In this document: piece after piece, positions 1-8,073 of the stretch
How positions within the stretch are numbered: position 1 is the first letter of the stretch
Layout of the letters: the number at the start of each line of letters is the position of its first letter
NCBI RefSeq assembly: GCF_001465295.1
Contig: NZ_CP011035.1
Coordinates: 300,001-332,000, forward strand
Direction: 5' to 3'
Source: Pseudoalteromonas translucida KMM 520
Lineage (GTDB): Bacteria; Pseudomonadota; Gammaproteobacteria; Enterobacterales; Alteromonadaceae
DNA length: 32,000 nucleotides
The notes under the pieces: model-generated
What the model was told of the DNA's origin: nothing
Seen by the model: only the letters and a program-made list of their open reading frames with translations
Database searches by the model: none
Made by a program: the position numbers and the translations under genes

Positions 1-316
1 GCCCGTCAATTACTTTAAAACCATTGAGTGAGCCAATTTCAAAATAAGGAGCTATGTATTGCACTTCACCTTTAGCAGGCAAAATTGCGCCAACTAAACG
101 CTCACTTGCATACCAACGCATACCGGTAAAATAAGCCAGGTTAGTGCCGGCATTTAAATAAATTGCATCAATGTTATTAGCTTGCATATAAGCTTGCGCT
201 TTAGCAATGCGCGCTAAGTGTTCATCGGCCTGGATAGGGGTTAAATCGCTAGTCATATTGCTTAGGCTAGCGAGTGCTTGTTCTTTGGTTTGGGTGCCAA
301 TACCAATTGTGGTCAT
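1..316 (-). CDS. Xaa-Pro dipeptidase / M24 peptidase, N-terminal part only (gene runs off the left window edge)
   Basis: Hand translation of the minus strand from the ATG at 316 stays open to the window edge: MTTIGIGTQTKEQALASLSNMTSDLTPIQADEHLARIAKAQAYMQANNIDAIYLNAGTNLAYFTGMRWYASERLVGAILPAKGEVQYIAPYFE... This looks like a creatinase/prolidase N-terminal domain. AGGAGAT Shine-Dalgarno on the complement of 321-327. It starts 23 nt after the stop of the upstream oxidoreductase, so it is probably co-transcribed. It is absent from the ORF track because it has no stop inside the window. Confidence 0.6.
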   Translation of the reverse strand, partial: MTTIGIGTQTKEQALASLSNMTSDLTPIQADEHLARIAKAQAYMQANNIDAIYLNAGTNLAYFTGMRWYASERLVGAILPAKGEVQYIAPYFEIGSLNGFKVIDG

Positions 317-338
317 AATGATCTCCTTTTTTGTGCGG

Positions 339-1628
339 CTATTGTGCTTGCGGTATGGATTTACTGCAAGTGGCTTGCGCCGAAAAACGATTAATACAAT
401 AAGGTTGTAAATTAATGGGCGGGGTTTGCTCTAAACATAACGCGGTGATCAGCTCAGCGGTCACTGCGCCTTGAGTTAACCCCAAATGCTGATGACCAAA
501 AGCAAAATAGAGATTGCTATGCTGTGGTGCGCGGCCTATCACGGGTAAAGAGTCGGGTAGTGAAGGACGACAACCCATCCACGTGCTACTTAAAGCCGAC
601 GCGGGTGCAGACTCTCTCAGTAATGCATTCGCATGCGGTAATAAGGCCAATGCTCGTTTGTTATTCATTTTTTTATAGAGTCCTGCAAATTCAACGGTAC
701 CGGCGACTCTTAGTCCTTGGCTCATCGGAGTCATAATAAAGCGGCGCTCGGCCGAAGCAACAGGGCGCGATAAGCCCGAGTCAATATCAAGCATGCAATG
801 ATAGCCTCGCTCTGTGTCAAGAGGAGCATAATAACCAAGGGGTTTTAATAAATTATTGCTCCATGCCCCTGCGGCAACCACCACTTTATCACTGTAATGT
901 TGCTGTTGTTCGCACTGCAGTAAATAGCCGGTTTTGTTTGCGTTAATAGCGGTGACATTTTGTTGGCAAAACAGGCCGCCTAATAGACTAAATTGCTCAG
1001 CTAACTGCACGCAAAATAAATGCGGATCAACACTGTGGGCAACATCTTCAAAGAATAATGCGTAGGTTACTAAAGCGCTTAAACTAGGCTCTAATGCTTG
1101 CAGCTGCTCACGATTAAGTAGCCGTACGTTTATATCTTGGGCTTGATACATGGCTAAAATGGCTTCAACTTCAACCAAAGGCGTCGCTTCAAAAGTAAGT
1201 AAACTGCCTTTTTTAGTCAATAAATGAGCTAAATTATAGTCATTGAGTAGCCGTTCGTAGGCTGCAATAGCGTGGCTATTCAGTGCTTTTAATGCTTGGG
1301 TATGGGCGCGATATTTAACCATTGGCATATTTTTTATAAATTGCCAAAACCACGGGGTTGCCTTAAGTGCATACCGCCAGTCGATCCTTAACGGGCCAAG
1401 TGGATTAAAGAGCATGCTAGGTAATTTTTTTAATAACCCGGGCTGCGCTAACGGAAATACTTGTTCGGTAGCAAAGTGTCCGGCATTACCTTTAGAGCAG
1501 CCTTGTGCTAAGCCTTGTTGATCATACAAAGTTACTGCAAAGCCAGCGCGTTGTAACTGTAATGCTGTGCAAATACCAATAATTCCAGCGCCGACCACTG
1601 CAATTTGTTGGGGAGCTTTATCCGCCAA
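339..1628 (-). CDS. FAD-dependent oxidoreductase of the D-amino-acid dehydrogenase (DAO) type; candidate D-hydroxyproline dehydrogenase
   Basis: 429-aa ORF with an N-terminal Rossmann dinucleotide motif (IAVVGAGIIGICTALQL). TTG start at 1628 preceded by AGGT. It is divergent from the hydroxyproline epimerase operon. The specific substrate is inferred from context only. Confidence 0.75.
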   Translation of the reverse strand: MADKAPQQIAVVGAGIIGICTALQLQRAGFAVTLYDQQGLAQGCSKGNAGHFATEQVFPLAQPGLLKKLPSMLFNPLGPLRIDWRYALKATPWFWQFIKNMPMVKYRAHTQALKALNSHAIAAYERLLNDYNLAHLLTKKGSLLTFEATPLVEVEAILAMYQAQDINVRLLNREQLQALEPSLSALVTYALFFEDVAHSVDPHLFCVQLAEQFSLLGGLFCQQNVTAINANKTGYLLQCEQQQHYSDKVVVAAGAWSNNLLKPLGYYAPLDTERGYHCMLDIDSGLSRPVASAERRFIMTPMSQGLRVAGTVEFAGLYKKMNNKRALALLPHANALLRESAPASALSSTWMGCRPSLPDSLPVIGRAPQHSNLYFAFGHQHLGLTQGAVTAELITALCLEQTPPINLQPYCINRFSAQATCSKSIPQAQ

Positions 1629-1838
1629 AATAGTTTACCTCATATGTAAATAAACAATACTTAACAGCGTAATTTAATACCACGTTTAGATTATATTGCT
1701 GTTGTGGTGATATGAATTTAAAAAAATCAGTTTGTTTTAAATTAAACAATTGTGATTAATTTCAGTTGGTTAAGTTTTTTCATTAATGATTGGATTAGGT
1801 CAAAAAGCACATTTATCAAACAAACTGAAATTAGCATA

Positions 1839-1867
1839 TTGATTATTGTATACAATATACCTATGAT
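1839..1867 (+). promoter_or_regulatory. Putative sigma70 promoter of the epimerase operon (TTGATT-N17-TATGAT)
   Basis: TTGATT at 1839-1844 and TATGAT at 1862-1867 with a 17-nt spacer, 34 nt upstream of the first ATG (1901). The spacer is almost entirely the palindromic operator. Confidence 0.45.
1844..1857. promoter_or_regulatory. Perfect 14-bp palindrome TATTGTATACAATA; putative GntR-family operator
   Basis: Exact self-complementary sequence lying in the -35/-10 spacer. The same word or one-mismatch variants recur at 6201, 10237, 13240 and 13649. The T.GT-N-AC.A core is typical of FadR/GntR-subfamily operators. Confidence 0.6.
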
Positions 1868-1900
1868 ATCAAGCGTAAACTTCAATCAGGAAAAATAATA

Positions 1901-2125
1901 ATGAAAGTAAATTGGCAGGGCGTTTACCCCGCAGTAACTACGCAATTTAATGCAGACAACGCCATTAACTTTGCAGCAACCGCGAAAATGATTGATGAAC
2001 TTAATAACCAAGACGTTCACGGCATTATTGAACAAGGTACGGCAGACGATAACGCAACTATTATCTCGCTTTATACAAAATCGATGGCAAGCCGTATTGC
2101 CTTAACAAAATTTAAATTGGACTAA
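1901..2125 (+). pseudogene. Truncated DapA/DHDPS-family gene; remnant of a probable delta1-pyrroline-4-hydroxy-2-carboxylate deaminase
   Basis: 74-aa ORF. Its first ~47 residues (MKVNWQGVYPAVTTQFNADNAINFAATAKMIDELNNQDVHGIIEQGT) look like the canonical N-terminus of ~300-aa DHDPS-family enzymes. The rest is unrelated and the ORF stops 3 nt before the epimerase ATG. About 230 codons are missing. Confidence 0.6.
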
Positions 2126-2128
2126 GTT

Positions 2129-3130
2129 ATGCAAAAAGGGACCTTTTTTTGTATTGACGGCCATACCTGTGGTAATCCTGTAAGGCTTATAACCAGTGGT
2201 CACCCACAGTTAAACGGACTAAGCATGAGTGATAAGCGCCAAGACTTTTTACAAAATCACGATTGGATACGTCAAGCGCTCATGTTTGAGCCTCGTGGTC
2301 ACGATATGATGTCGGGCGGATTTTTATATCCACCCACCACAGAAGATGGTGACGCTGCTATCTTATTTGTTGAAACATCAGGGTGCTTACCTATGTGTGG
2401 GCACGGCACAATGGGTATTGTTACATTTGCTTTAGAGCACGGTTTGCTACATGCAAAAGTACCGGGCGCTTTGCTGTTAGACACGCCTGCTGGGCGTGTT
2501 CGAGTTAATTATGCGATGCAAAATGGCAAAGTTCAGTGGGTTAAAATTTATAATGTACCGGCTTACTTAGCCCATCAGGCAATAACCATAAATATTGCTG
2601 AGCTCGGTGAGCTAAGTGTTGATATTGCCTATGGCGGCAACTTCTACATTATTGTTGAACCTCAGGGTAATTATAAAGGCATTGAACATTTAACTGCTGG
2701 GCAAATTTTAAAGTACAGCCCGTTGGTACGTAATGCCATAAACGCAAAAATGAAATGTGTTCACCCGCTAGACTCAACCGTTCAAGGTGCGAGTCATGTT
2801 TTATGGACAGGGACCCCAAAAAATGCCAACTCAGACGCCGCAAATGCTGTTTTTTATGGTGATAAAGCCATTGACCGTTCGCCATGTGGAACAGGTACCA
2901 GCGCGCGTATGGCACAACTATTTACAAAAGGTAAATTGGCCCAAGGGCAAAGTTTCGTTCACGAAAGTTACATCGGTAGCCAGTTTATTGGTTGCATTGA
3001 ACAAGTAACAGAAATCGCAGGCGTAACAGCCATTCTGCCAAGTATTCAAGGCTGGTCTAGGGTGACAGGCACAAGCGCAATTACAGTAGATGACGATGAC
3101 CCATATGCATTTGGGTTTCAAGTAATTTAA
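2129..3130 (+). CDS. 4-hydroxyproline 2-epimerase (proline racemase superfamily, Cys/Cys type)
   Basis: 333 aa. Both catalytic-cysteine motifs of the family are present: SGCLPMCGHGT and DRSPCGTGTSARMA. Sits in a hydroxyproline-pathway context. Confidence 0.85.
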   Translation: MQKGTFFCIDGHTCGNPVRLITSGHPQLNGLSMSDKRQDFLQNHDWIRQALMFEPRGHDMMSGGFLYPPTTEDGDAAILFVETSGCLPMCGHGTMGIVTFALEHGLLHAKVPGALLLDTPAGRVRVNYAMQNGKVQWVKIYNVPAYLAHQAITINIAELGELSVDIAYGGNFYIIVEPQGNYKGIEHLTAGQILKYSPLVRNAINAKMKCVHPLDSTVQGASHVLWTGTPKNANSDAANAVFYGDKAIDRSPCGTGTSARMAQLFTKGKLAQGQSFVHESYIGSQFIGCIEQVTEIAGVTAILPSIQGWSRVTGTSAITVDDDDPYAFGFQVI

Positions 3131-3143
3131 TCAGGAGCAAAAC

Positions 3144-4640
3144 ATGACATTAACAGGACAAAGTTTAGTAGCAGGACAATGGCTGGGTCATTCAGAGAAT
3201 GGCGAATTTAACGCATTTTCCCCAGCACGCAACGAACCACTACCAACGCGCTTTTTTAATCTCAGTGCCACTGAATTAGACGGCGCAATAGAGGCCGCAC
3301 AAGCGGCATTTTTTGAGTATCGTAAAACCAGTTTTGCACAACGTGCTGATTTTTTAACGTGCATTGCTGATCAAATATTAGTGCTTGGGGATGAGTTACT
3401 TGAGCAAACACATCAAGAAACCAACCTACCGCTTGCACGTTTACAAGGCGAGCGCATGCGCACTGTAAATCAACTTAAAGCATTCGCCAGTGCGTTGCGC
3501 GAAAACCCAGCATCACCTCTGGGTTTAAAAATAGTGGACGAGGCCGATGCTACAAGAGCACCGTTACCAAAACCACACACAGAGCTTAACTACTTACCGC
3601 TTGGACCCGTGGCTGTATTTGGTGCATCTAATTTTCCATACGCCTTTTCAACACTCGGTGGTGATACGGCTGCAGCACTCGCTGCGGGTTGCCCAGTGAT
3701 TGTAAAAAATCATACGGCACATCCGGGAACCGGTGAATTAATGGCACGAGCGGCGCTTGCTGCCATTAAAGAATGTGCGATGCCTATAGGGGTATTTGCA
3801 ATGGTGCAAAGTGCTGAACATGCGCTTTCGCATCAATTGGTCAGCGCCCCGGCAATAAAAGCAGTAGGTTTTACCGGTTCATTTAATGTTGCAAGTAAGC
3901 TGCAAGCAACGATTGCGATGCGTGAAGAGTCCATTCCATTTTATGGTGAGCTTGGCAGTATTAACCCACAAGTTATTTTACCTAACAAAGCTATTGAACA
4001 TAGCAAGGAGATAGCTCAGTCACTTTGTCAGTCAATGCTTATGGGGAACGGACAATTTTGCACCAGCCCAGGACTATGGTTAGTGCCAACGGGGTGTGAC
4101 GAGCTTGAAACACACATTACTGCGTGCATAAATGATGCCCCATCAGACACGTTACTCACTCCAGAGATTGTTAAAACCTTTAAACAGCAAATAGCAGAGC
4201 GCAATCAGCTTGAACAGCTCAGCTTGTTAGGTGAGGGCAAGCTTGAACATGCGTTTCATGCTAATGCGCATGTATTCGCATGCAATACTGAGGACTTTTT
4301 AGCAACCCCTATTTTGCAAGAAGAAGTATTTGGCCCCGCGGCGTTAGTGGTGCGCTACGACAGTGAACACCAGCTCATGACGTTGATAAATCAATTACAA
4401 GGGCAGCTAACCGCCAGTATTCATGGCACTGAAGCTGATTTAAATAAAGCCGATAGCCTTATCGAAGCACTGCAGTATAAAGTAGGTCGTTTGATAAAAA
4501 ATCAGCTGCCAACAGGCGTTGAAGTATGTGGCTCAATGAACCACGGAGGGCCGTATCCAAGTTCAACGGATGTTCGCAGTACTTCTGTGGGCACAAATGC
4601 AATGTTGCGATTTATGCGACCAATTTGTTATCAAGCATAA
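3144..4640 (+). CDS. Aldehyde dehydrogenase; candidate alpha-ketoglutarate semialdehyde dehydrogenase
   Basis: 498 aa. ALDH catalytic motifs are present: ELGSINP (Glu) and GQFCTSPG (Cys). AGGAG RBS at 3133-3137. Immediately downstream of the epimerase. Confidence 0.8.
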   Translation: MTLTGQSLVAGQWLGHSENGEFNAFSPARNEPLPTRFFNLSATELDGAIEAAQAAFFEYRKTSFAQRADFLTCIADQILVLGDELLEQTHQETNLPLARLQGERMRTVNQLKAFASALRENPASPLGLKIVDEADATRAPLPKPHTELNYLPLGPVAVFGASNFPYAFSTLGGDTAAALAAGCPVIVKNHTAHPGTGELMARAALAAIKECAMPIGVFAMVQSAEHALSHQLVSAPAIKAVGFTGSFNVASKLQATIAMREESIPFYGELGSINPQVILPNKAIEHSKEIAQSLCQSMLMGNGQFCTSPGLWLVPTGCDELETHITACINDAPSDTLLTPEIVKTFKQQIAERNQLEQLSLLGEGKLEHAFHANAHVFACNTEDFLATPILQEEVFGPAALVVRYDSEHQLMTLINQLQGQLTASIHGTEADLNKADSLIEALQYKVGRLIKNQLPTGVEVCGSMNHGGPYPSSTDVRSTSVGTNAMLRFMRPICYQA

Positions 4641-4703
4641 GATTAATTGGGCGGGATATGCAAATTGTATTTTCCCGCTTTCCCTTATTTATAAGAGACT
4701 CAG

Positions 4704-5037
4704 GCAGATTTTAACTGAGCTTGAAAGTGCCATGAATGCGGATGAACCCCACCAAGCGATTTAAACAGCCGTTTTCATGGTAATACCAATTCGCGCGAAC
4801 AACGCCCACAAATCCGTGAACTAGTCGATATGTATAGTAAAAATTCAGAGCGCTATGTACGCATGTACATTTTACTAGCGGGCGGTATAACCATCGCGCC
4901 TGAAGAGCAACGCACCTTGCTTGAACTGTGTCGTACAAAAAAACCATAAAGCGTGTGAGTTGCTAAAAGCACATATACTAGGTGCAACAGACGCTATTAA
5001 AAAACGATTACTTAACATAGAAGACGAGAGAAGATAG
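4704..5037 (+). pseudogene. C-terminal remnant of a GntR/FCD regulator, paralogous to 7392..8060
   Basis: Aligns by eye with residues ~118-229 of the intact regulator. Examples are ILTELESAMNADEP, QRPQIRELVDMYSKNSERYVRMYILLAGGITIAPEEQRTLLELCRTK and KACELLKAHILGATDAIKKRLLNIEDERR. The whole winged-helix N-terminal domain is missing. There are at least two frame breaks, one in the A7 run at 4937-4943. Confidence 0.75.
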
Positions 5038-5145
5038 TCTTCTCATAAAGCCATAGTAACGCTGCTTGAGCGATGGTATTTTAAGGTAATAAGCAATCAA
5101 TACGCTAAGCTCGGTATTGTTAATGTAGATTATTAACACTACACG

Positions 5146-5183
5146 TTGAGGTATGAAACGGACACGTTCGCTTCATACCTCAA
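5146..5183. terminator. 12-bp stem hairpin between the regulator remnant and the 3' end of the DapA-like gene
   Basis: TTGAGGTATGAA (5146-5157) pairs perfectly with TTCATACCTCAA (5172-5183) around a 14-nt loop. A modest T-rich tail follows on the plus strand. It could act for either convergent transcript. Confidence 0.45.
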
Positions 5184-5209
5184 ATCATATTCTTTTAGAA
5201 TGTTTTTAA

Positions 5210-6178
5210 TCAGTCTATTAAACCCAAAATTTCAAGCCTTTCTTTTGCTAAAGTATATCGGGTGTGAACATCATCAATTTGCTGTTGGGTTAATGCTTTA
5301 CCCAGGGTACGAAGCCCGCCAGTTGCATCATTATGATAAATTCCAAAAGCAAATTTAAGGTATTCCATTAGTAGCGGCTGTGCATCAAGATATGAAATAG
5401 AGTTCATAGCCTGAGAAATTTTGTTTGCCTCGGCCCATTCACCGTTATTTATGTGTTCCTGCATAGTGAGACTCGCTTTTGGAAAAATACAACCAACACC
5501 TGTAATTCCACCGCATGCGCCAGCAAGCCCAGCATAAACAGTTACAGTGTCAACTCCAGCCAAGATTTTTAACTCTTTGTTCTTGAGCATCATTGTTTCA
5601 ATTATTGACACATCTATTGTTGATATTTTAAGTGCAGTTACTTCAGGTAGCGCTGCAAGTCGTGTAAGAAGTTGAATTGAAAGCGCATGATAGCCCGCTG
5701 CGTCAGGGTTGTTATAAGGCATTATTGTAATACCTGCCTCTTTTGCTGCTGATGCAGAAAGTGCGTAATAGGCATACATTTCTTCATCAGAAGGCGCTTC
5801 TTTAGTTTTTGGTGGCATTACCATGACGGTATCTACGCCCACAGTCGCCAGTTCAGTTACTATTTTGGCAAGCTCTTCTTTGGTTTCTGCTGCTGCTCCA
5901 CTGATCAATGGAACATTGTATTCTTTGGCAACACTAGAAAGAGCGCTTAGTAAAGAAAGGCGCTGCTTAGAGCTGAGATAGCTGTTCTCACCCAGTGTAC
6001 CAGAGCCGACTAGTCCTCCCATTCTGGTGCCACCCTTTCCTTGAACTTTTAAAATTTCTGCAGCGTATTTTTGTGTTGCATCAAGATCAATTTCAAGATC
6101 TCCAGATTCTGATTCTTTTAGCCATGTAAATACAGCTGGCATAACTGTATAGCGCCAATCTTTACTGTTTGTTTGCAT
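5210..6178 (-). CDS. DapA/DHDPS-family (class I aldolase-type) enzyme; candidate pyrroline-4-hydroxy-2-carboxylate deaminase
   Basis: 322 aa. GSGTLGEN motif and a candidate Schiff-base lysine in VTALKIST. AAGAGGAA RBS. Operator-like palindromes lie directly upstream. The N-terminal region is atypical for the family. Confidence 0.7.
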   Translation of the reverse strand: MQTNSKDWRYTVMPAVFTWLKESESGDLEIDLDATQKYAAEILKVQGKGGTRMGGLVGSGTLGENSYLSSKQRLSLLSALSSVAKEYNVPLISGAAAETKEELAKIVTELATVGVDTVMVMPPKTKEAPSDEEMYAYYALSASAAKEAGITIMPYNNPDAAGYHALSIQLLTRLAALPEVTALKISTIDVSIIETMMLKNKELKILAGVDTVTVYAGLAGACGGITGVGCIFPKASLTMQEHINNGEWAEANKISQAMNSISYLDAQPLLMEYLKFAFGIYHNDATGGLRTLGKALTQQQIDDVHTRYTLAKERLEILGLID

Positions 6179-6200
6179 TATTATTCCTCTTATAAATACA

Positions 6201-6230
6201 TATTGTATACATTATACAAATTGATTGTAT
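6201..6230. promoter_or_regulatory. Two adjacent operator-like inverted repeats upstream of the DapA-like gene
   Basis: TATTGTATACATTA (6201-6214) has one mismatch to the 14-bp palindrome. It abuts ATACAA-N5-TTGTAT (6214-6230). They lie 23-52 nt upstream of the start at 6178. Confidence 0.5.
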
Positions 6231-6299
6231 CAGTTAAAATACTTTCGGCAAGGCTGAGATAAAAATAAACGGGTATCTATTTTAAAATTTATCTGAAGT

Positions 6300-6570
6300 C
6301 GCCGATAAACCCCCGAGATCAGAGCGCCCTGTGGACAGGACTAAGTGCGCCATGGCGCAGCTATTTAGTAAAGGCAAGCTGGCACAAGGGCAAGAGTTTG
6401 TGCATGAAAGCTACATTGGCAGCCAGTTTATTGGCTGTGTTGAACAGCTTACCGAAGTGGCGGGCAGAGCGGCCATTTTACCCAGCATCTGCAGCTGGTC
6501 GCGGGTAACCGGTAGTAGCAGTATCACCGTTGACGACGACCCTTATGCATTTGGGTTTCAAGTAATTTAA
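6300..6570 (+). pseudogene. C-terminal remnant (~80 codons) of a second 4-hydroxyproline epimerase
   Basis: CAMAQLFSKGKLAQGQEFVHESYIGSQFIGCVEQLTEVAGRAAILPS...DDDPYAFGFQVI aligns with the last ~80 residues of the 2129..3130 product. A 2-nt deletion disrupts the PCGTGTSA catalytic motif (ccctgtggacaggactaagtg). The N-terminal ~250 codons are absent. Confidence 0.8.
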
Positions 6571-6583
6571 TCAGAAGCAGTGT

Positions 6584-7263
6584 ATGAGATTAACAGGACA
6601 AAGTTTAATTGCTGGGCAGTATTAACCCGTAAATTATGTTGCCCCAACAAGCGCTTAAACACAGTGCCGCAATTGCCAGCGCCTTGTGTTAATCCATGTT
6701 GCAGGGCCATGGGCAGTTTTGTACCAGCCCAGGGCTGTGATAATTTAGCCGCGCAGGTAGTGCGTTGTATTAGTGCAGCCCCATCGGATACGTTACTGAC
6801 ACCCAGGATTTTAAGTAACTTTAAAGAGCAAACGGCTATACGCAGCCAACTGGTAAGCGAGCAGTGTGAGCAAGACTTTCATGCCTGCGCTCAGGTGCTT
6901 ATTTGTGATGCAGATACTTATATGGCAACACCACTGTTACAGCAAGAGCTGTTTGGCCCTGCGGCACTGATTGTACGCTATGAGAGCGAGCAGGAGTTAA
7001 TTGCGCTGATCACCCAATTCGACGGCCAACTTACTGCGAGTATTCATGGTACCGATGACGACATGGCTAACGCCGCAGCGCTAAAAGAAGCACTGCAATA
7101 TAAAGTAGCGCGGTTAATTGAAAATCAATTGCCGACAGGGGTTGAAATGTGTACGTCAAAGAATCATGGCGGACCATTCCCAAGTTCAACCGATGTGCGA
7201 AGTACCTCTGTGGGTACACATGCAATGTTGCGCTTTATGCGTCCAATTTGTTATCAACCGTAG
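6584..7263 (+). pseudogene. Decayed second copy of the aldehyde dehydrogenase
   Basis: It starts MRLTGQSLIAGQ, matching MTLTGQSLVAGQ in the intact copy. It then jumps out of frame to the equivalent of residue ~264 (SINP). In-frame TAA codons lie at 6630 and 6690, and a small frameshifting deletion follows GQFCTSPGL. The C-terminal ~165 residues are still alignable. Confidence 0.8.
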
Positions 7264-7333
7264 CAAAATTTTTTAGGGGGAACTATGTGAACGCTCTTTA
7301 AATCTTTAAAAATAGCGGTTAGGGGATTGTAAC

Positions 7334-7361
7334 TTGGAATATTTGGCTTTTTGAGTATAAT
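7334..7361 (+). promoter_or_regulatory. Putative promoter of the GntR regulator (TTGGAA-N16-TATAAT)
   Basis: Perfect TATAAT at 7356-7361 and TTGGAA at 7334-7339. It is followed by a degenerate, split operator-like sequence, ATGTATGC-taaat-GCAATA (7360-7378). Confidence 0.4.
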
Positions 7362-7391
7362 GTATGCTAAATGCAATATATAGGAACTAGC

Positions 7392-8060
7392 ATGGCCATT
7401 GAGCACAAAACCCGCACCCAACTTGTCGCAGAAGCGATTCGCGCAAAGATCCTCTCTGGTGAAATTAAAGCCGGTGATCCATTACGTCAAGCTGCCTTAG
7501 CGACAGAATTAAACGTCAGTCGTATTCCTGTTCGTGAAGCGTTATTGCAACTTGAAGCCGAAGGCTTGGTGAATTTTGAGGCGCATAAAGGCGCTACGGC
7601 AACGCAACTTTCAGCTGCGCAAATAGATGAAATATTTGACTTGCGGGCTTTGCTTGAAGCCGAGTTATTAAGTCATTCAATTAAACATTTAAGCGATGAA
7701 GATCTAAATGATGCAGCAGGCATTTTGTCTGAACTTGAAGGTGCCATGGATGCCGGTGATACTCACCGTGCAACTGGTGAATTAAACAGCCAGTTCCATG
7801 CTAAATTATACAGCCGTGCTCAGCGTCCACAAACGCGAGAGTTGGTTGATATGTATAGTAAAAATTCAGAACGTTATGTACGCATGCATATCTTACTGGC
7901 TGGCGGTTTAACTACGGCCCCAGAAGAGCACCGTACATTACTTGAGCTATGTCGTACTAAGCAAGCCCGTAAAGCCTGTGATTTTTTAAAAAAGCATATA
8001 GTTCAAGCAAAAAACGATATTAAAAAGCTGCTAATAAAAATCGAAGACGAGCAACGCTAA
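7392..8060 (+). CDS. GntR-family transcriptional regulator with FCD C-terminal domain; candidate hydroxyproline-utilisation repressor
   Basis: Winged-helix motif (LRQAALATELNVSRIPVREALLQLEAEGLV) plus an FCD-like helical C-terminus. I prefer the ATG at 7392, which has an AGGAA RBS. The ORF-track start at 7371 would sit essentially at the predicted transcription start. Confidence 0.85.
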   Translation: MAIEHKTRTQLVAEAIRAKILSGEIKAGDPLRQAALATELNVSRIPVREALLQLEAEGLVNFEAHKGATATQLSAAQIDEIFDLRALLEAELLSHSIKHLSDEDLNDAAGILSELEGAMDAGDTHRATGELNSQFHAKLYSRAQRPQTRELVDMYSKNSERYVRMHILLAGGLTTAPEEHRTLLELCRTKQARKACDFLKKHIVQAKNDIKKLLIKIEDEQR

Positions 8061-8073
8061 CTCGCTTAGCAAA

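Noticed and set aside
207-736. Plus-strand ORFs 207..410 and 524..736
   Set aside because: They lie antisense within the prolidase and FAD-oxidoreductase genes. They have no RBS and low-complexity or odd composition, so they are typical shadow ORFs.
1750-1768. CRP-like site TGTGATTAATTTCAGT in the divergent promoter between the oxidoreductase and the epimerase operon
   Set aside because: Only the left half-site is good. The right half matches 3 of 5 positions (TCAGT versus TCACA), which is too weak to call without comparative support.
2299-3121. ORFs 2299..2484(-), 2649..2915(-), 2787..3008(+) and 2918..3121(-) inside the epimerase gene
   Set aside because: All are fully contained in a confidently identified CDS, in other frames or on the other strand. 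They are Cys/His/Trp-rich shadow translations.
4526-4947. ORFs 4526..4714(+), 4570..4764(+) and 4711..4947(-)
   Set aside because: They span the 3' end of the dehydrogenase and the decayed regulator remnant. The real signal here is the GntR pseudogene read across frames, not these ORFs.
5146-5358. ORF 5146..5358(+)
   Set aside because: It begins inside the terminator hairpin and runs antisense into the DapA-like gene, so it is a shadow ORF.
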